Source: Endomicrobiia bacterium (lineage in GTDB: Bacteria > Elusimicrobiota > Endomicrobiia > DTEH01). From it: 64,000 nt of DNA. The stretch lies in assembly GCA_039630545.1 (NCBI GenBank), contig JBCNUU010000001.1, positions 32,001 through 96,000 on the forward strand, in the 5' to 3' direction. Below are positions 8,649 to 19,829 of this stretch, piece after piece (the first letter of the stretch is position 1; every line of letters begins with the position of its first letter). The position numbers and the translations under genes are program-made. The notes under the pieces are model-generated. The model saw only the letters and a list, made by a program, of their open reading frames with translations. It was not told where the DNA came from and did not search any database.

Positions 8649-10187
8649 ATGAAAAAAGAGGTCTTAAAACTTTTTCTGATAATAATTATAGTGAGCTTTT
8701 TTTTGATATTGACTTCAAATTTTTTAACTTTTAAGAAAACAACTGCTGAACCTAATTTTTCTTGCTTAAGTTTGATAAGCAAACAAACGCAGAATTCATT
8801 GCAAGATGTGTATTCGCTACAGCAAGCCGTTGTAGATGTTGTTGAGAAGGTAAAGCCAGCAGTTGTAAGTATTACTACTATTTACAAGTACAAAGTTGAG
8901 ATACCTGATTTTTATTTTGGTGATCCTTTTGAGGAATTTTTTAGAGAGTTTTTTGATCTGCCTCAGAGATATCCTAAAAAACAATATAAAGAATACAGAA
9001 CCGAAGGAGGAGGGAGTGGTTTTATTATTTCTTCAGACGGATATATATTAACAAATGAACATGTAATAGCTAATGCTTCTGAGATTAAAGTAATAGTAAA
9101 TATAGATGGAAAAGAAAAGGAGTATAATGGAAAAGTTGTAGGAAGAGATCCCAAAACAGACATAGCAGTGGTTAAAATAAATGCTAAGAATTTGCCTTAT
9201 GTTAAATTAGGAGATTCTGATAAGATAAAAGTTGGAGAATTTGTAATAGCAATAGGTTCTCCTTTTGGACTTGAGCAGACAGTAACCTCAGGAATAGTTT
9301 CAGCCATAAGACAAAGAATAAGAATTGAAGGTAAAGAATACAGAGAATTTATTCAAACAGACGCTGCTATAAACAGAGGTAATTCTGGAGGACCTCTGTG
9401 TAATTTGCAAGGAGAAGTTATAGGTATAAATACAGCCATATATGCTCCTACAGGTGTGTTTTCTGGAATTGGTTTTGCTATTCCTATAAATAGAGCAAAA
9501 GAGATTTTAGATACCCTTATAGAAAAAGGAAAAGTTACAAGAGGATGGTTGGGTGTGGAAATACTTGCTGTGGATGAAGCAATTGCAAATCAGTTTGGAC
9601 TTTCTAAGAAACAGGGAGTCATTATTAACAGAGTATTAAAAAATTCTCCTGCAGAAAAAGCAGGACTTAGAAGGTCTGACATTATTCTTTCAATAAAAGC
9701 GAGAAACAAAACAACAGAAATTAACTCTCCTCAGGAGTTGCAGGATATTGTTTTTTCTTTATCGCCAAATGAAAAGGTTGAACTTACAATCTGGAGGGAA
9801 GGAAAAGAACAAAAGGTATTAATTACTTTAGGTGAGTTACCAGAAGAAGTCTCTGTGGGTTCCCTGGATGAAGAAAAAGTTCCTCAAAAAGAAAAGTTTA
9901 CCTGGTTAGGGCATACATTTATAGAATTAACTGATGAATTAATAGAAAAACTTTCAATTGAAGAAGATACAGAAGGAGTTGTTGTACATAGTATTGATGT
10001 AAAATCAAAAGACTATGAAGATTTGGGTCTTTTAGAGATGGATGTAGTAGTTGGTATAAATCAAAATAAGATAAGAAATTTAAAAGATCTCAAAGAAATA
10101 CTAAATAAAGTCAATCTTAAAAAAGGTATAGTTTTTGACATAATAAGAAATGGTAGACAGATGTATTTGTCATATATAAAAGAATGA
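8649..10187 (+). CDS. degP: DegP/DegQ (HtrA) serine protease with two PDZ domains
   Basis: TNEHV, DIAV and QTDAAINRGNSGGPL triad motifs; RGWLGV starts the first PDZ. Confidence 0.92.
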   Translation: MKKEVLKLFLIIIIVSFFLILTSNFLTFKKTTAEPNFSCLSLISKQTQNSLQDVYSLQQAVVDVVEKVKPAVVSITTIYKYKVEIPDFYFGDPFEEFFREFFDLPQRYPKKQYKEYRTEGGGSGFIISSDGYILTNEHVIANASEIKVIVNIDGKEKEYNGKVVGRDPKTDIAVVKINAKNLPYVKLGDSDKIKVGEFVIAIGSPFGLEQTVTSGIVSAIRQRIRIEGKEYREFIQTDAAINRGNSGGPLCNLQGEVIGINTAIYAPTGVFSGIGFAIPINRAKEILDTLIEKGKVTRGWLGVEILAVDEAIANQFGLSKKQGVIINRVLKNSPAEKAGLRRSDIILSIKARNKTTEINSPQELQDIVFSLSPNEKVELTIWREGKEQKVLITLGELPEEVSVGSLDEEKVPQKEKFTWLGHTFIELTDELIEKLSIEEDTEGVVVHSIDVKSKDYEDLGLLEMDVVVGINQNKIRNLKDLKEILNKVNLKKGIVFDIIRNGRQMYLSYIKE

Positions 10188-11104
10188 GAAAGGTGTTAGT
10201 TGTAGAAGATGATTTAGAAATACAGGATTTATTAAAATTTACTTTTCAGCAAGCAAACTATGACGTATATCAAGCCTACAATGGCAAGGAAGCTCTTCAA
10301 AAAGTAAAACTTATAATGCCTGATATTATAATTCTTGATGTAATAATGCCTGAAATGAATGGTTTTGAAGTCATAGAACATCTACGTAGTGATCCCGAAA
10401 CATGTCTTATCCCTGTGATAATGTTGACTTCTTTAGGTCAAACAAAAGATAAACTTACCGGTATAAAGCTTGGAGCTGATGAATACTTAGTAAAACCTGT
10501 TGAACCTTATGAATTGTTGTTTAGAGCTGAGATGTTGATAAAGAAATACTATGAAAATGTAAACTCTGTAACTTGTCTTTTAGGTTTAAACTCTTTAGAA
10601 AATCATTTGAAAGAACTTATAGAAAACAAAAAGGATTTTATTGTGATTCTTTTTGATATTACTAATTTTAAACCTTATAATCTGAAATATAGTTTCAAAA
10701 AAGGAGATGAATTACTTAAATTTTTTTCAAGTATTTTAAGGACTGCTGTTACAAATTATGGAAGTAAATCTGATGTTTTGTTTCATTTAGAAGCCGATAA
10801 ATTTTGTATAGTTACAGAAAAAATAGAAATTCAACCGATGTTAGAAAATATTTTTTCTTTGTTTGACGATCTTACAGAAAGAATATATAATAAAGAAGAT
10901 ATATCAAATAGGTTTTTTACATATAAATTAGAAAATGGTGTTGAGTTAAAAGCAAATTTTATGAAGATAGCAGCAGGAGTTCTTAAAGTAAACAAAGGCA
11001 CAGCCAGCCATTATGCTGAAGTTTTATTTCATGTGAAAGAAATACTTAACACAGCTAAAAAACAAAGTTTGCAAAATAATGAACATGCAATAGTTATTTT
11101 ATAA
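10184..11104 (+). CDS. Response regulator with degenerate GGDEF domain
   Basis: Receiver domain (VEDD, LDVIMP, KP); DI.NFKPYN..Y....GD..L; active-site position reads EADKF. Confidence 0.85.
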   Translation: MRKVLVVEDDLEIQDLLKFTFQQANYDVYQAYNGKEALQKVKLIMPDIIILDVIMPEMNGFEVIEHLRSDPETCLIPVIMLTSLGQTKDKLTGIKLGADEYLVKPVEPYELLFRAEMLIKKYYENVNSVTCLLGLNSLENHLKELIENKKDFIVILFDITNFKPYNLKYSFKKGDELLKFFSSILRTAVTNYGSKSDVLFHLEADKFCIVTEKIEIQPMLENIFSLFDDLTERIYNKEDISNRFFTYKLENGVELKANFMKIAAGVLKVNKGTASHYAEVLFHVKEILNTAKKQSLQNNEHAIVIL

Positions 11105-12635
11105 AAAAAGAAATTACCACAAATACCACCACAAGAGAAATAGAAGTTGCTAAAATATTTCCTAAAGATATACTTTTTTTAGTTTGTTGAGTTATTTTTT
11201 CTTTTTTTTCTTCTGATGTCAAAGATTCTACTCTTTCTATTTGATGCTGAATTCTAGTTTCGTTATCATAAATATCTTTTGCTACTATTTCTATTTTGTT
11301 TATACCTAAATTTAATGAAAGAGCATAACTAAATTTTCCATCTTTATCTACATCAACAGAGTTATTATTTATTTTTAAAAAAGTATTTTGTTCTGTTTCT
11401 CCGGAAAATTGAATTATTTCCTGATCAGTTTTTGTGATATTAAGAAGGTTTGTTGATAGTTTAGGTGGAGTTGTATCAATAATAATAGGTTTAGGGTCAG
11501 ATGGATTTTCAAATCCTATTTCATCTATATACGAAACTCTTAAAAAATATTTTCCATCAGGAAGTTGTAAGGATTTCAAATTAATGTTTATTTTTTGATT
11601 AGGTTTTATGTCATTAGTTTCTTCATATATAATTTTTTTAAAATCTTTTTCTTTAGAAATTTGTATACGATATTTTTTTATTATACTTCCTATCGTTTTT
11701 GGCTTTTGTTTAGTTTCCTGGGTGATTTTATCTTGTGGGAAGGGTATTTCGCTTTTTTGTTCTAATTTTGGCAGGGTAAGTTGAAAAGAGAACGAAGGAA
11801 TATCTTTTGTAATTACTATTTCATTTTGAGATGTTAACTTTGCAGTTTCTAAAGTTATTTCTGGTGGTTTAGGAAGTGCCTTAGGCAAAGATGGAGCAGA
11901 AAAGGGTTTGACTTCAGTTCCAAAACCTTTAGGTACATATACAGTTTTTCCCTGGGCTGTTACATCTACAGCACCCTCGTAAACTTCTACTAATGTTGTT
12001 TTGTCTTCTTCACGGATTTTAGTTTTAAAATCTGTTTTTTCCGTTTTAGGTTCTATTCTGGGGGTAATTATAGCGTTGTCAGTAATTACTTTGGCTTTGG
12101 TAGATCTTACTGCTCCTTTGTGTAATGTAACTTCTTCTTGCTTTAGCTCAGGTCTAATTGTTACAAATGAGTTTTCGTCTATACTTAAAATTTCGCCAGA
12201 ATAAAATTTTATGTTAGCTCGTGATTTTTCATAAGTGGCTATAGCATCGTTGTTGTAAAGTTCCATGTTAATTAAAGGATCTTCCCATATAACTGAGTCG
12301 CTTTTTTTATATTTCACTTTATTCAAAATATATATTAAGTAAGCTGGACGAAATTTTTCTTTTACAATTACAATTGGGACTTTTAATTTCATACCAGGAA
12401 GAGGAGCGTATATATCTGTGATTTCTAATTTGTTATATTTTAAAATTTCTGGCCATAGTTTTGGGTCTTTAAAATAATAATTTGCTATATAAGAAAGAGT
12501 CTGTCCTTCTTTTACTTCTATTTCTTGTAAAAAAACTTCTTTTTCTTCTGCTTCTTGTACAGTATATTGTTGAGTAAAGATAAAATCAAATAAACATAAA
12601 AATAAAATTTTTAAAATTAATTTCTTTAATCTCAT
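11094..12635 (-). CDS. LysM + FecR-like + Ig-like protein with C-terminal membrane anchor
   Basis: VKEGQTLSYIA...W..I..YN...PG..L LysM; D.I.T...SRA.I.F..G..LSIDENS and VEVYEGAV.V FecR motifs; DTTPP Ig domain; terminal TM. Confidence 0.8.
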   Translation of the reverse strand: MRLKKLILKILFLCLFDFIFTQQYTVQEAEEKEVFLQEIEVKEGQTLSYIANYYFKDPKLWPEILKYNKLEITDIYAPLPGMKLKVPIVIVKEKFRPAYLIYILNKVKYKKSDSVIWEDPLINMELYNNDAIATYEKSRANIKFYSGEILSIDENSFVTIRPELKQEEVTLHKGAVRSTKAKVITDNAIITPRIEPKTEKTDFKTKIREEDKTTLVEVYEGAVDVTAQGKTVYVPKGFGTEVKPFSAPSLPKALPKPPEITLETAKLTSQNEIVITKDIPSFSFQLTLPKLEQKSEIPFPQDKITQETKQKPKTIGSIIKKYRIQISKEKDFKKIIYEETNDIKPNQKININLKSLQLPDGKYFLRVSYIDEIGFENPSDPKPIIIDTTPPKLSTNLLNITKTDQEIIQFSGETEQNTFLKINNNSVDVDKDGKFSYALSLNLGINKIEIVAKDIYDNETRIQHQIERVESLTSEEKKEKITQQTKKSISLGNILATSISLVVVFVVISFFIK

Positions 12636-14734
12636 GCTGTATTTTTAGGTAATCTGAAAATAAATTTTGAACCTTTACCAAGTTCAGATTCTACCCATAT
12701 TTTTCCATTATGTAATTCAATGATATATTTGCATATTGTAAGACCTAAACCTGTTCCTCCTTTTGATTTGTTTTTTACTTGAGTAAATTTTTCAAATATT
12801 TTATCTAAATATTCTTTAGGTATGCCTTCACCGGTATCTTCTACAAAACTTTCAACGTAATTGCCTGTTTCATAAATATCTACTGTAATTTTTCCATATT
12901 CAGGTGTAAACTTTATTGCATTTCCTATTAGATTTATATATACTCGTTCTATAAGTTTAGCATCTACTGATATTTCAACATTATCTTTTTGAGGTGCAAA
13001 AAAGAGAGTTATGTTTTTTCTTTCATATTGAGGTTGTAAAAGTTCAATAACAGAAGTTATAATTTTTATAATATTTGTTTTTTCTAAATTTATTTCCATC
13101 TTTCCTGCTTCAAGTTTTGCTATATCAAGAATATCGTTTATCATATTTAGCAATTTAAAAGAAGCTCTCTCCATAGTTTCTAATATTTTTTTCTGTTGTT
13201 CGTTTATAGGGCCAGCTACTCCATCTAAAAGAAATTTTATAAATCCCCTAATGGAAGTCATAGGATTTCTTAAGTCATGTGTAATAGAGTGTAAGAAGTC
13301 GTCTTTCATTTTGTCTATTTCTTTTTCTAATGTTATGTCGTGTAATACAGAGACTATACCTAATTTTTCATTTTTGGGAGTTAATACTGGTAAAGAAATA
13401 CCTTGATAAAATCTGGGATAATTTTCAGTGGATAAATCAATTTCAAAAATTTTATTTGGTTGATTTATAATTTCTTGGATTTTTGGTTTTAAAGTTTCGT
13501 TTAAAATATTAAAAATGTTTAAATTTTCTATATTTTCTTCTTTAATGTCTAAGATCTCTTTTGCTTTTTTATTTATTAACAAAATATTTCCTTCATAGTC
13601 TGTTAAGATGATACCATCTTTTATTGAAAAAATAATAGCTTCTGTTTTTGTCTTTTCAGCAATAAGTTTGTCTAGTTGAATTTCTGCATACTCATTTAAT
13701 TTTTTTGCCATATGATTAAAAGTTTTTCCTAAAATTTCGAGTTCATCGTAAGTTTTTATATCTATTGAAACATTAAAATTTCCAGCCGCTACAGCTTTGG
13801 CAGCTTCAATTATCTTTAATATGGGCTGAGATATACCTGTTGCTATTAGTAAAGATATTATTACAGAGATTATTAAAATTAAAATTAAAAGTTGAGTAGT
13901 TTGCCGTACTAAAATTCTTACAGGTAGATGTGCTTCTTTTTGAGTTTGATGTAAAAGTAGTATCCAGTTGATTTGTGGTAGAAACACATACGAAACAATA
14001 TAATCATTATTTTTAATTCTTAATCCCTTAGAACCAATTGATATAGACTGCTTTGCAGTTTCTAAAAAAGGATTAGCTAAAAGTTCTTTCAAAATTTCTT
14101 TTTCTTCATAAGTAGCAAAAATTAAATTGTTGTTTTCAGCATCAAGTAGGGTAATACATCCTGTTTTTCCTATTTTTGTGTCTTTTAATTCTTCAAATAA
14201 ATTGTTTATTGACATAGAGATTCTCAAATAAAAATTTTGTTTTTCATAAAGACTATCCAGTTGATAAATATTGTTTGAATGTGAAAATTTAAAAATTTTT
14301 GTTTCTTTTGTTTCTTTTAATTTTCTAAAGATATAGTCGTTGCTAAAATCTTCTAATTTTGGTTCAAGAATTATTTCTGGGTTATAAATTTTTATTTTTT
14401 CTTTACCATAGTTATCTAGTATAGAAATGGAAATTATGTTTTTATTAATACTCATCAGTGACTCTAGAATATTTTGTTTATAATTCCAGTCTATGTCTGT
14501 TCTTGAGGTAGTGTCTTCAACAAGAGGAAGAATATAAGATAATGTTTCAAAATAACTTTGGATTTTTGTAGAAATATTAGATAATGTTTTGGTATGTAAT
14601 TCTAAATATATAGTTTGTAAAGCAGGTTTTAGAATTTTGTTGCTTTGTAGTGTTAGAATTAGAATAGGTAATGTGGAAATTGATATAAATATTAGGATAA
14701 ACTTGAAAAAAAACGGAAAATAGAATTTTCTCAT
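12632..14734 (-). CDS. Sensor histidine kinase (periplasmic Cache-like, HAMP, PAS, HisKA, HATPase)
   Basis: Two TMs; DELEILGKTFN HAMP; THDLRNPMT H-box; NLIGNAIKF, DTGEGI and GTGLGL boxes. Confidence 0.95.
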   Translation of the reverse strand: MRKFYFPFFFKFILIFISISTLPILILTLQSNKILKPALQTIYLELHTKTLSNISTKIQSYFETLSYILPLVEDTTSRTDIDWNYKQNILESLMSINKNIISISILDNYGKEKIKIYNPEIILEPKLEDFSNDYIFRKLKETKETKIFKFSHSNNIYQLDSLYEKQNFYLRISMSINNLFEELKDTKIGKTGCITLLDAENNNLIFATYEEKEILKELLANPFLETAKQSISIGSKGLRIKNNDYIVSYVFLPQINWILLLHQTQKEAHLPVRILVRQTTQLLILILIISVIISLLIATGISQPILKIIEAAKAVAAGNFNVSIDIKTYDELEILGKTFNHMAKKLNEYAEIQLDKLIAEKTKTEAIIFSIKDGIILTDYEGNILLINKKAKEILDIKEENIENLNIFNILNETLKPKIQEIINQPNKIFEIDLSTENYPRFYQGISLPVLTPKNEKLGIVSVLHDITLEKEIDKMKDDFLHSITHDLRNPMTSIRGFIKFLLDGVAGPINEQQKKILETMERASFKLLNMINDILDIAKLEAGKMEINLEKTNIIKIITSVIELLQPQYERKNITLFFAPQKDNVEISVDAKLIERVYINLIGNAIKFTPEYGKITVDIYETGNYVESFVEDTGEGIPKEYLDKIFEKFTQVKNKSKGGTGLGLTICKYIIELHNGKIWVESELGKGSKFIFRLPKNTA

Positions 14735-14740
14735 AAAGAC

Positions 14741-16050
<1,310 letters not shown>

Positions 16051-16149
16051 AGATTTTTTGTTAATAAACCTAAATATAAAATTATATATATAAATTCAAC
16101 AATTTAAAAACTTGCTTAATTGGTGGATTTTTTATATAAAATAAATTCT

Positions 16150-16881
16150 ATGGATGAAGAAAAAAAGTTTTTATCTTTAGTAATAAAAAAAGTAGGCAGA
16201 GCATTTGGAGATTATAAAATGCTTTCTGAAAATGACAAGCTATTAATAGGTGTTTCTGGAGGTAAAGATAGTGTTACTTTGTTAGATATTATGATTTACA
16301 AAAAAAGATTTTTGCCTTTTAAATATGAAATTTATGTGGCTAATATAGATTTTGGTTTTTTTGACAACTATGAAGCATATTTAAAAAAACTTGAAGAATT
16401 TCTAAAAAAACACGAAATAAGTTATTATTTCATTAAAAAGACACTTCCTGGAGAAAGAAAAAACATAAACTGTTTCTGGTGTAGCTGGAACAGAAGAAAA
16501 GAAATTTTCCTTTTAGCGAAAAAATTAGGATGTAACAAAGTAGCTTTAGGTCATACATTAGATGATGTAGTAGTAACCTTCTTGATGAATCTTTTTTATC
16601 ATGGAGAAATTTCCACAATGCCTCCTGTTTTGGAAATGTTTAAAGGAGAAATTACCCTTATAAGACCTTTGGTGTATTTAACTTCAAAAGAGACACAAAA
16701 ATATGTGGAATATAAAGGTTTACCTGTATTTAAATGTAAATGTCCTTATTTATCTAAAAAATTTAGCTATAGAAACTATTTGGAAAATCTTGTTGAAGAA
16801 GAACTTCAGAAATACTGGCCTAATATAAAGAAAAATATATTTAATAGTTTAAAAAAAGTTAAAAAGGAGTATCTTGTATAA
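16150..16881 (+). CDS. ttcA: tRNA 2-thiocytidine biosynthesis TtcA-family protein
   Basis: PP-loop SGGKDS, CFWC, KVALGH..DD, IRPL and C-terminal CKCP. Confidence 0.85.
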   Translation: MDEEKKFLSLVIKKVGRAFGDYKMLSENDKLLIGVSGGKDSVTLLDIMIYKKRFLPFKYEIYVANIDFGFFDNYEAYLKKLEEFLKKHEISYYFIKKTLPGERKNINCFWCSWNRRKEIFLLAKKLGCNKVALGHTLDDVVVTFLMNLFYHGEISTMPPVLEMFKGEITLIRPLVYLTSKETQKYVEYKGLPVFKCKCPYLSKKFSYRNYLENLVEEELQKYWPNIKKNIFNSLKKVKKEYLV

Positions 16882-16882
16882 C

Positions 16883-17290
16883 ATGAAAATATATAAAAAA
16901 GAAATAAACATAAGAACTTCCAATAGAGTCGAATTTATAGATATTACAAAAAAAATTTTAGAAATTGTTCAAGAATCAAAAATCTTAGATGGAATATGTC
17001 ATATATTTGTACCTCACACTACAGCAGCTGTTACTATAAATGAAAATGCAGATAAAGATGTAGTGAGAGATATTATAGACAGACTAAACCGATTAGCTCC
17101 AGGGGATGATAACTATAGACATATAGAAGGTAATTCAGATGCTCATATTAAATCAAGCATAATCGGTGTTTCCTTAAGTGTTGTTGTTTCGGATAATGAA
17201 TTAGAGTTAGGAACATGGCAAGGAATATATTTTTGTGAGTTTGATGGGCCAAGAAATAGAAAACTATGGATAAAAATTTTAGGTGAATAG
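16883..17290 (+). CDS. yjbQ: YjbQ/UPF0047 family protein
   Basis: PHTTA...NENAD, NSDAHIKS and LGTWQ...EFDGPR motifs. Confidence 0.92.
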   Translation: MKIYKKEINIRTSNRVEFIDITKKILEIVQESKILDGICHIFVPHTTAAVTINENADKDVVRDIIDRLNRLAPGDDNYRHIEGNSDAHIKSSIIGVSLSVVVSDNELELGTWQGIYFCEFDGPRNRKLWIKILGE

Positions 17291-17299
17291 GAGGGGAAA

Positions 17300-18304
17300 G
17301 TGATGATACCAGAAATAAGACAAAATATAGCCACTAAAGAGTGGGTAGTTATTTCTACAGAACGAGCTAAACGGCCGGAAGATTTTAAATCTATAAAAGA
17401 AAAAAAACAACTTCCAGAGTTTTCTGAAAAATGTCCTTTTTGTCCTGGCAATGAACACATGACACCTTATGAAACTTATGTAGTAAAAGATGAATTTAAT
17501 AAGTGGAAAATAAGGGTAATACCTAACAAATACCCAGCTGTAGTCCAGGAAGGAACTGTTGAATACAGAAGTGATGGTATTAAAAGATGGGTTTCCGGGG
17601 TGGGGATTGCTGAGGTAATTATAGAATCAAACAAACACAACGACATTCTTCCTCTTATGCCTGAAAGAGACATCGAAGATATAATAAAAGTTTACAGAGA
17701 GAGATATCTTGCTGCTGAAAAAGATAAAAGAATAAAAATGATAATAATATTTAAAAACTATGGAGAACAAGCAGGAGCCTCAATCGAGCATCCACATTCT
17801 CAACTTATAGCGATTCCTGTGGTGCCATTTCATATAAGGTACAGAATAGAAGAAGCCATGAGATATTACGATGAGACAGGAGAGTGTGTTTTTTGTAAAA
17901 TGTTAAAAGAAGAGCTTAAATACCAGGAAAGGATTGTAGTGGAGACAGGACATTTTGTATCTTTTGTGCCATATGCAGCTTTAGCTCCTTTTCACATGTG
18001 GGTTTTACCCAGAAGGCATGTTGAGTCGTTTGGAGAAATAGATGATAATGAAATTACAGATTTAGCAAAAAATTTAAAGATCACCTTATCTAAACTTTAT
18101 ATAGGATTAGATAATCCTGACTATAACTATGTAATAAGAAGTGTTCCTGTAAATGAAAAAGGAAAAGAATACTATCACTGGTATATTACTATAATGCCAC
18201 GGCTTATTAAGACAGCCGGATTTGAGATAGGAACAGCTATGTCTATAAATTCTTCGCTTCCAGAAAATGATGCTAAGTTTTTAAGGGAGATCAAAGTAAG
18301 ATAG
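17300..18304 (+). CDS. galT: GalT-family nucleotidyltransferase (galactose-1-phosphate uridylyltransferase-like)
   Basis: RAKRP, CPFCPGNE, AGASIEHPHSQ catalytic HPH, CVFC and YHW motifs. Substrate uncertain. Confidence 0.85.
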   Translation: MMIPEIRQNIATKEWVVISTERAKRPEDFKSIKEKKQLPEFSEKCPFCPGNEHMTPYETYVVKDEFNKWKIRVIPNKYPAVVQEGTVEYRSDGIKRWVSGVGIAEVIIESNKHNDILPLMPERDIEDIIKVYRERYLAAEKDKRIKMIIIFKNYGEQAGASIEHPHSQLIAIPVVPFHIRYRIEEAMRYYDETGECVFCKMLKEELKYQERIVVETGHFVSFVPYAALAPFHMWVLPRRHVESFGEIDDNEITDLAKNLKITLSKLYIGLDNPDYNYVIRSVPVNEKGKEYYHWYITIMPRLIKTAGFEIGTAMSINSSLPENDAKFLREIKVR

Positions 18305-18323
18305 AAAAGGAGGAAAAACTTAA

Positions 18324-19829
18324 ATGAAAGTCTTATTTGCAAGTTTTGAATGTTCACCTTTTGCAAAAGTTGGAGGGTTGGCTGATGTAGTAGGCAGTTT
18401 ACCTTTATTTCTTAAAAAAGATAAAATTGATGTTAAAATAGTTTTGCCCTTGCATAAAATAATAGATTTAAAAAAATTTAAAATTAAAAATACAAACTTG
18501 AAGGTCTTAATCCCAGTGGGAGAAGAATATATAGAAGGTGTTATTTACAGAGGCAAGCTGGATAAAAGTATTGATGTATATTTTGTAGGAAATGAAAGAT
18601 TTTTTGGAAGAGATGAAATTTACGGCACAGCTTATGGAGATTATCATGACAATCATTTAAGGTTTATATTTTTTAGCAGAGCCGTGCTTGAAACAGCAAA
18701 AGCTGTGGATTTTAAACCAGACATAATTCACTGTCATGATATGCAGACAGCACTTGTTTGTGCGTATCTTAAAACTTTATATAGAATTGATGCTTTTTAT
18801 CAAAATACCAAAACTGTGTTTACAATTCACAATATTGCATATCAGGGATTATATGGACCCGAAGTGCATTTTATTGCAGGATTTCCAGCTTACGATTTTA
18901 TACCTGAGAAATTTGAATACTACGGACGTATAAACTTCCTGAAAGTAGGAATTGTATTTGCAGATTTTGTAACAACAGTCTCACCAACTTATGCTAAGAT
19001 GATTTCTACTCTTCATTCAGAAGGAAGAGGACTTGAAGGTGTTCTTGCAAGACGTGTTTCTGAAGGAAAGTTAATCGGAATTTTAAATGGAATTGATTAT
19101 AAAGAATGGCATCCTTCAACCGATGAGAACATAAAAGCAAATTATGATTTAGAAACAATAGAAAATAAAAAAATTTGTAAAGAAGATCTTCAAAAAACTT
19201 GTGGTTTACAGCTGAAAGATGTACCTTTATATGGAATGGTTTCAAGAATAGATCCTCTTAAAGGTTTTGATATCTTAACAGTTGCGATAGATAAATTTTT
19301 AACTACCTATGATGCACAGGTTATAATTTTAGGAAAAGGTTATAAAGATATTCAAAACGAACTTAAAAGAATAGAAAACAAATATCCAGATAAGCTTAAA
19401 TTATTTTTTGAATTTAATAATCCATTAGCTCATAAAATCTATGCCGGATGTGATTTTTTCTTGATGCCTTCTAATTCAGAACCATGTGGTTTAGGACAGA
19501 TGATAGCTATGACATATGGAACAATACCTATAGTTTATAAAACTGGGGGTTTAGCTGATACAGTAAAAAATTTTGATGAGAAAAGTTTCAATGGCAACGG
19601 TTTAGTTTTTGAACAATATTCAGAAGAAGCACTGTATGAAAAATTAACACAATCATATGAAATTTTTTACAAAAAAGATGTAATGAAAAAAATAATCTCA
19701 AATGCAATGAAAGAAAATTTCTCATGGAGTGAATCTTCAAAAAATTATGTAACTTTATATTCTCAACTTTCAGGTATTTTTCCTTCTAAAAAATCTAAAT
19801 CTTCCCAAAAGATAAGAAAGAAAAAATGA
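18324..19829 (+). CDS. glgA: Glycogen synthase
   Basis: KVGGLADV, HCHD, TIHNIAYQG and EPCGL motifs. Confidence 0.95.
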   Translation: MKVLFASFECSPFAKVGGLADVVGSLPLFLKKDKIDVKIVLPLHKIIDLKKFKIKNTNLKVLIPVGEEYIEGVIYRGKLDKSIDVYFVGNERFFGRDEIYGTAYGDYHDNHLRFIFFSRAVLETAKAVDFKPDIIHCHDMQTALVCAYLKTLYRIDAFYQNTKTVFTIHNIAYQGLYGPEVHFIAGFPAYDFIPEKFEYYGRINFLKVGIVFADFVTTVSPTYAKMISTLHSEGRGLEGVLARRVSEGKLIGILNGIDYKEWHPSTDENIKANYDLETIENKKICKEDLQKTCGLQLKDVPLYGMVSRIDPLKGFDILTVAIDKFLTTYDAQVIILGKGYKDIQNELKRIENKYPDKLKLFFEFNNPLAHKIYAGCDFFLMPSNSEPCGLGQMIAMTYGTIPIVYKTGGLADTVKNFDEKSFNGNGLVFEQYSEEALYEKLTQSYEIFYKKDVMKKIISNAMKENFSWSESSKNYVTLYSQLSGIFPSKKSKSSQKIRKKK

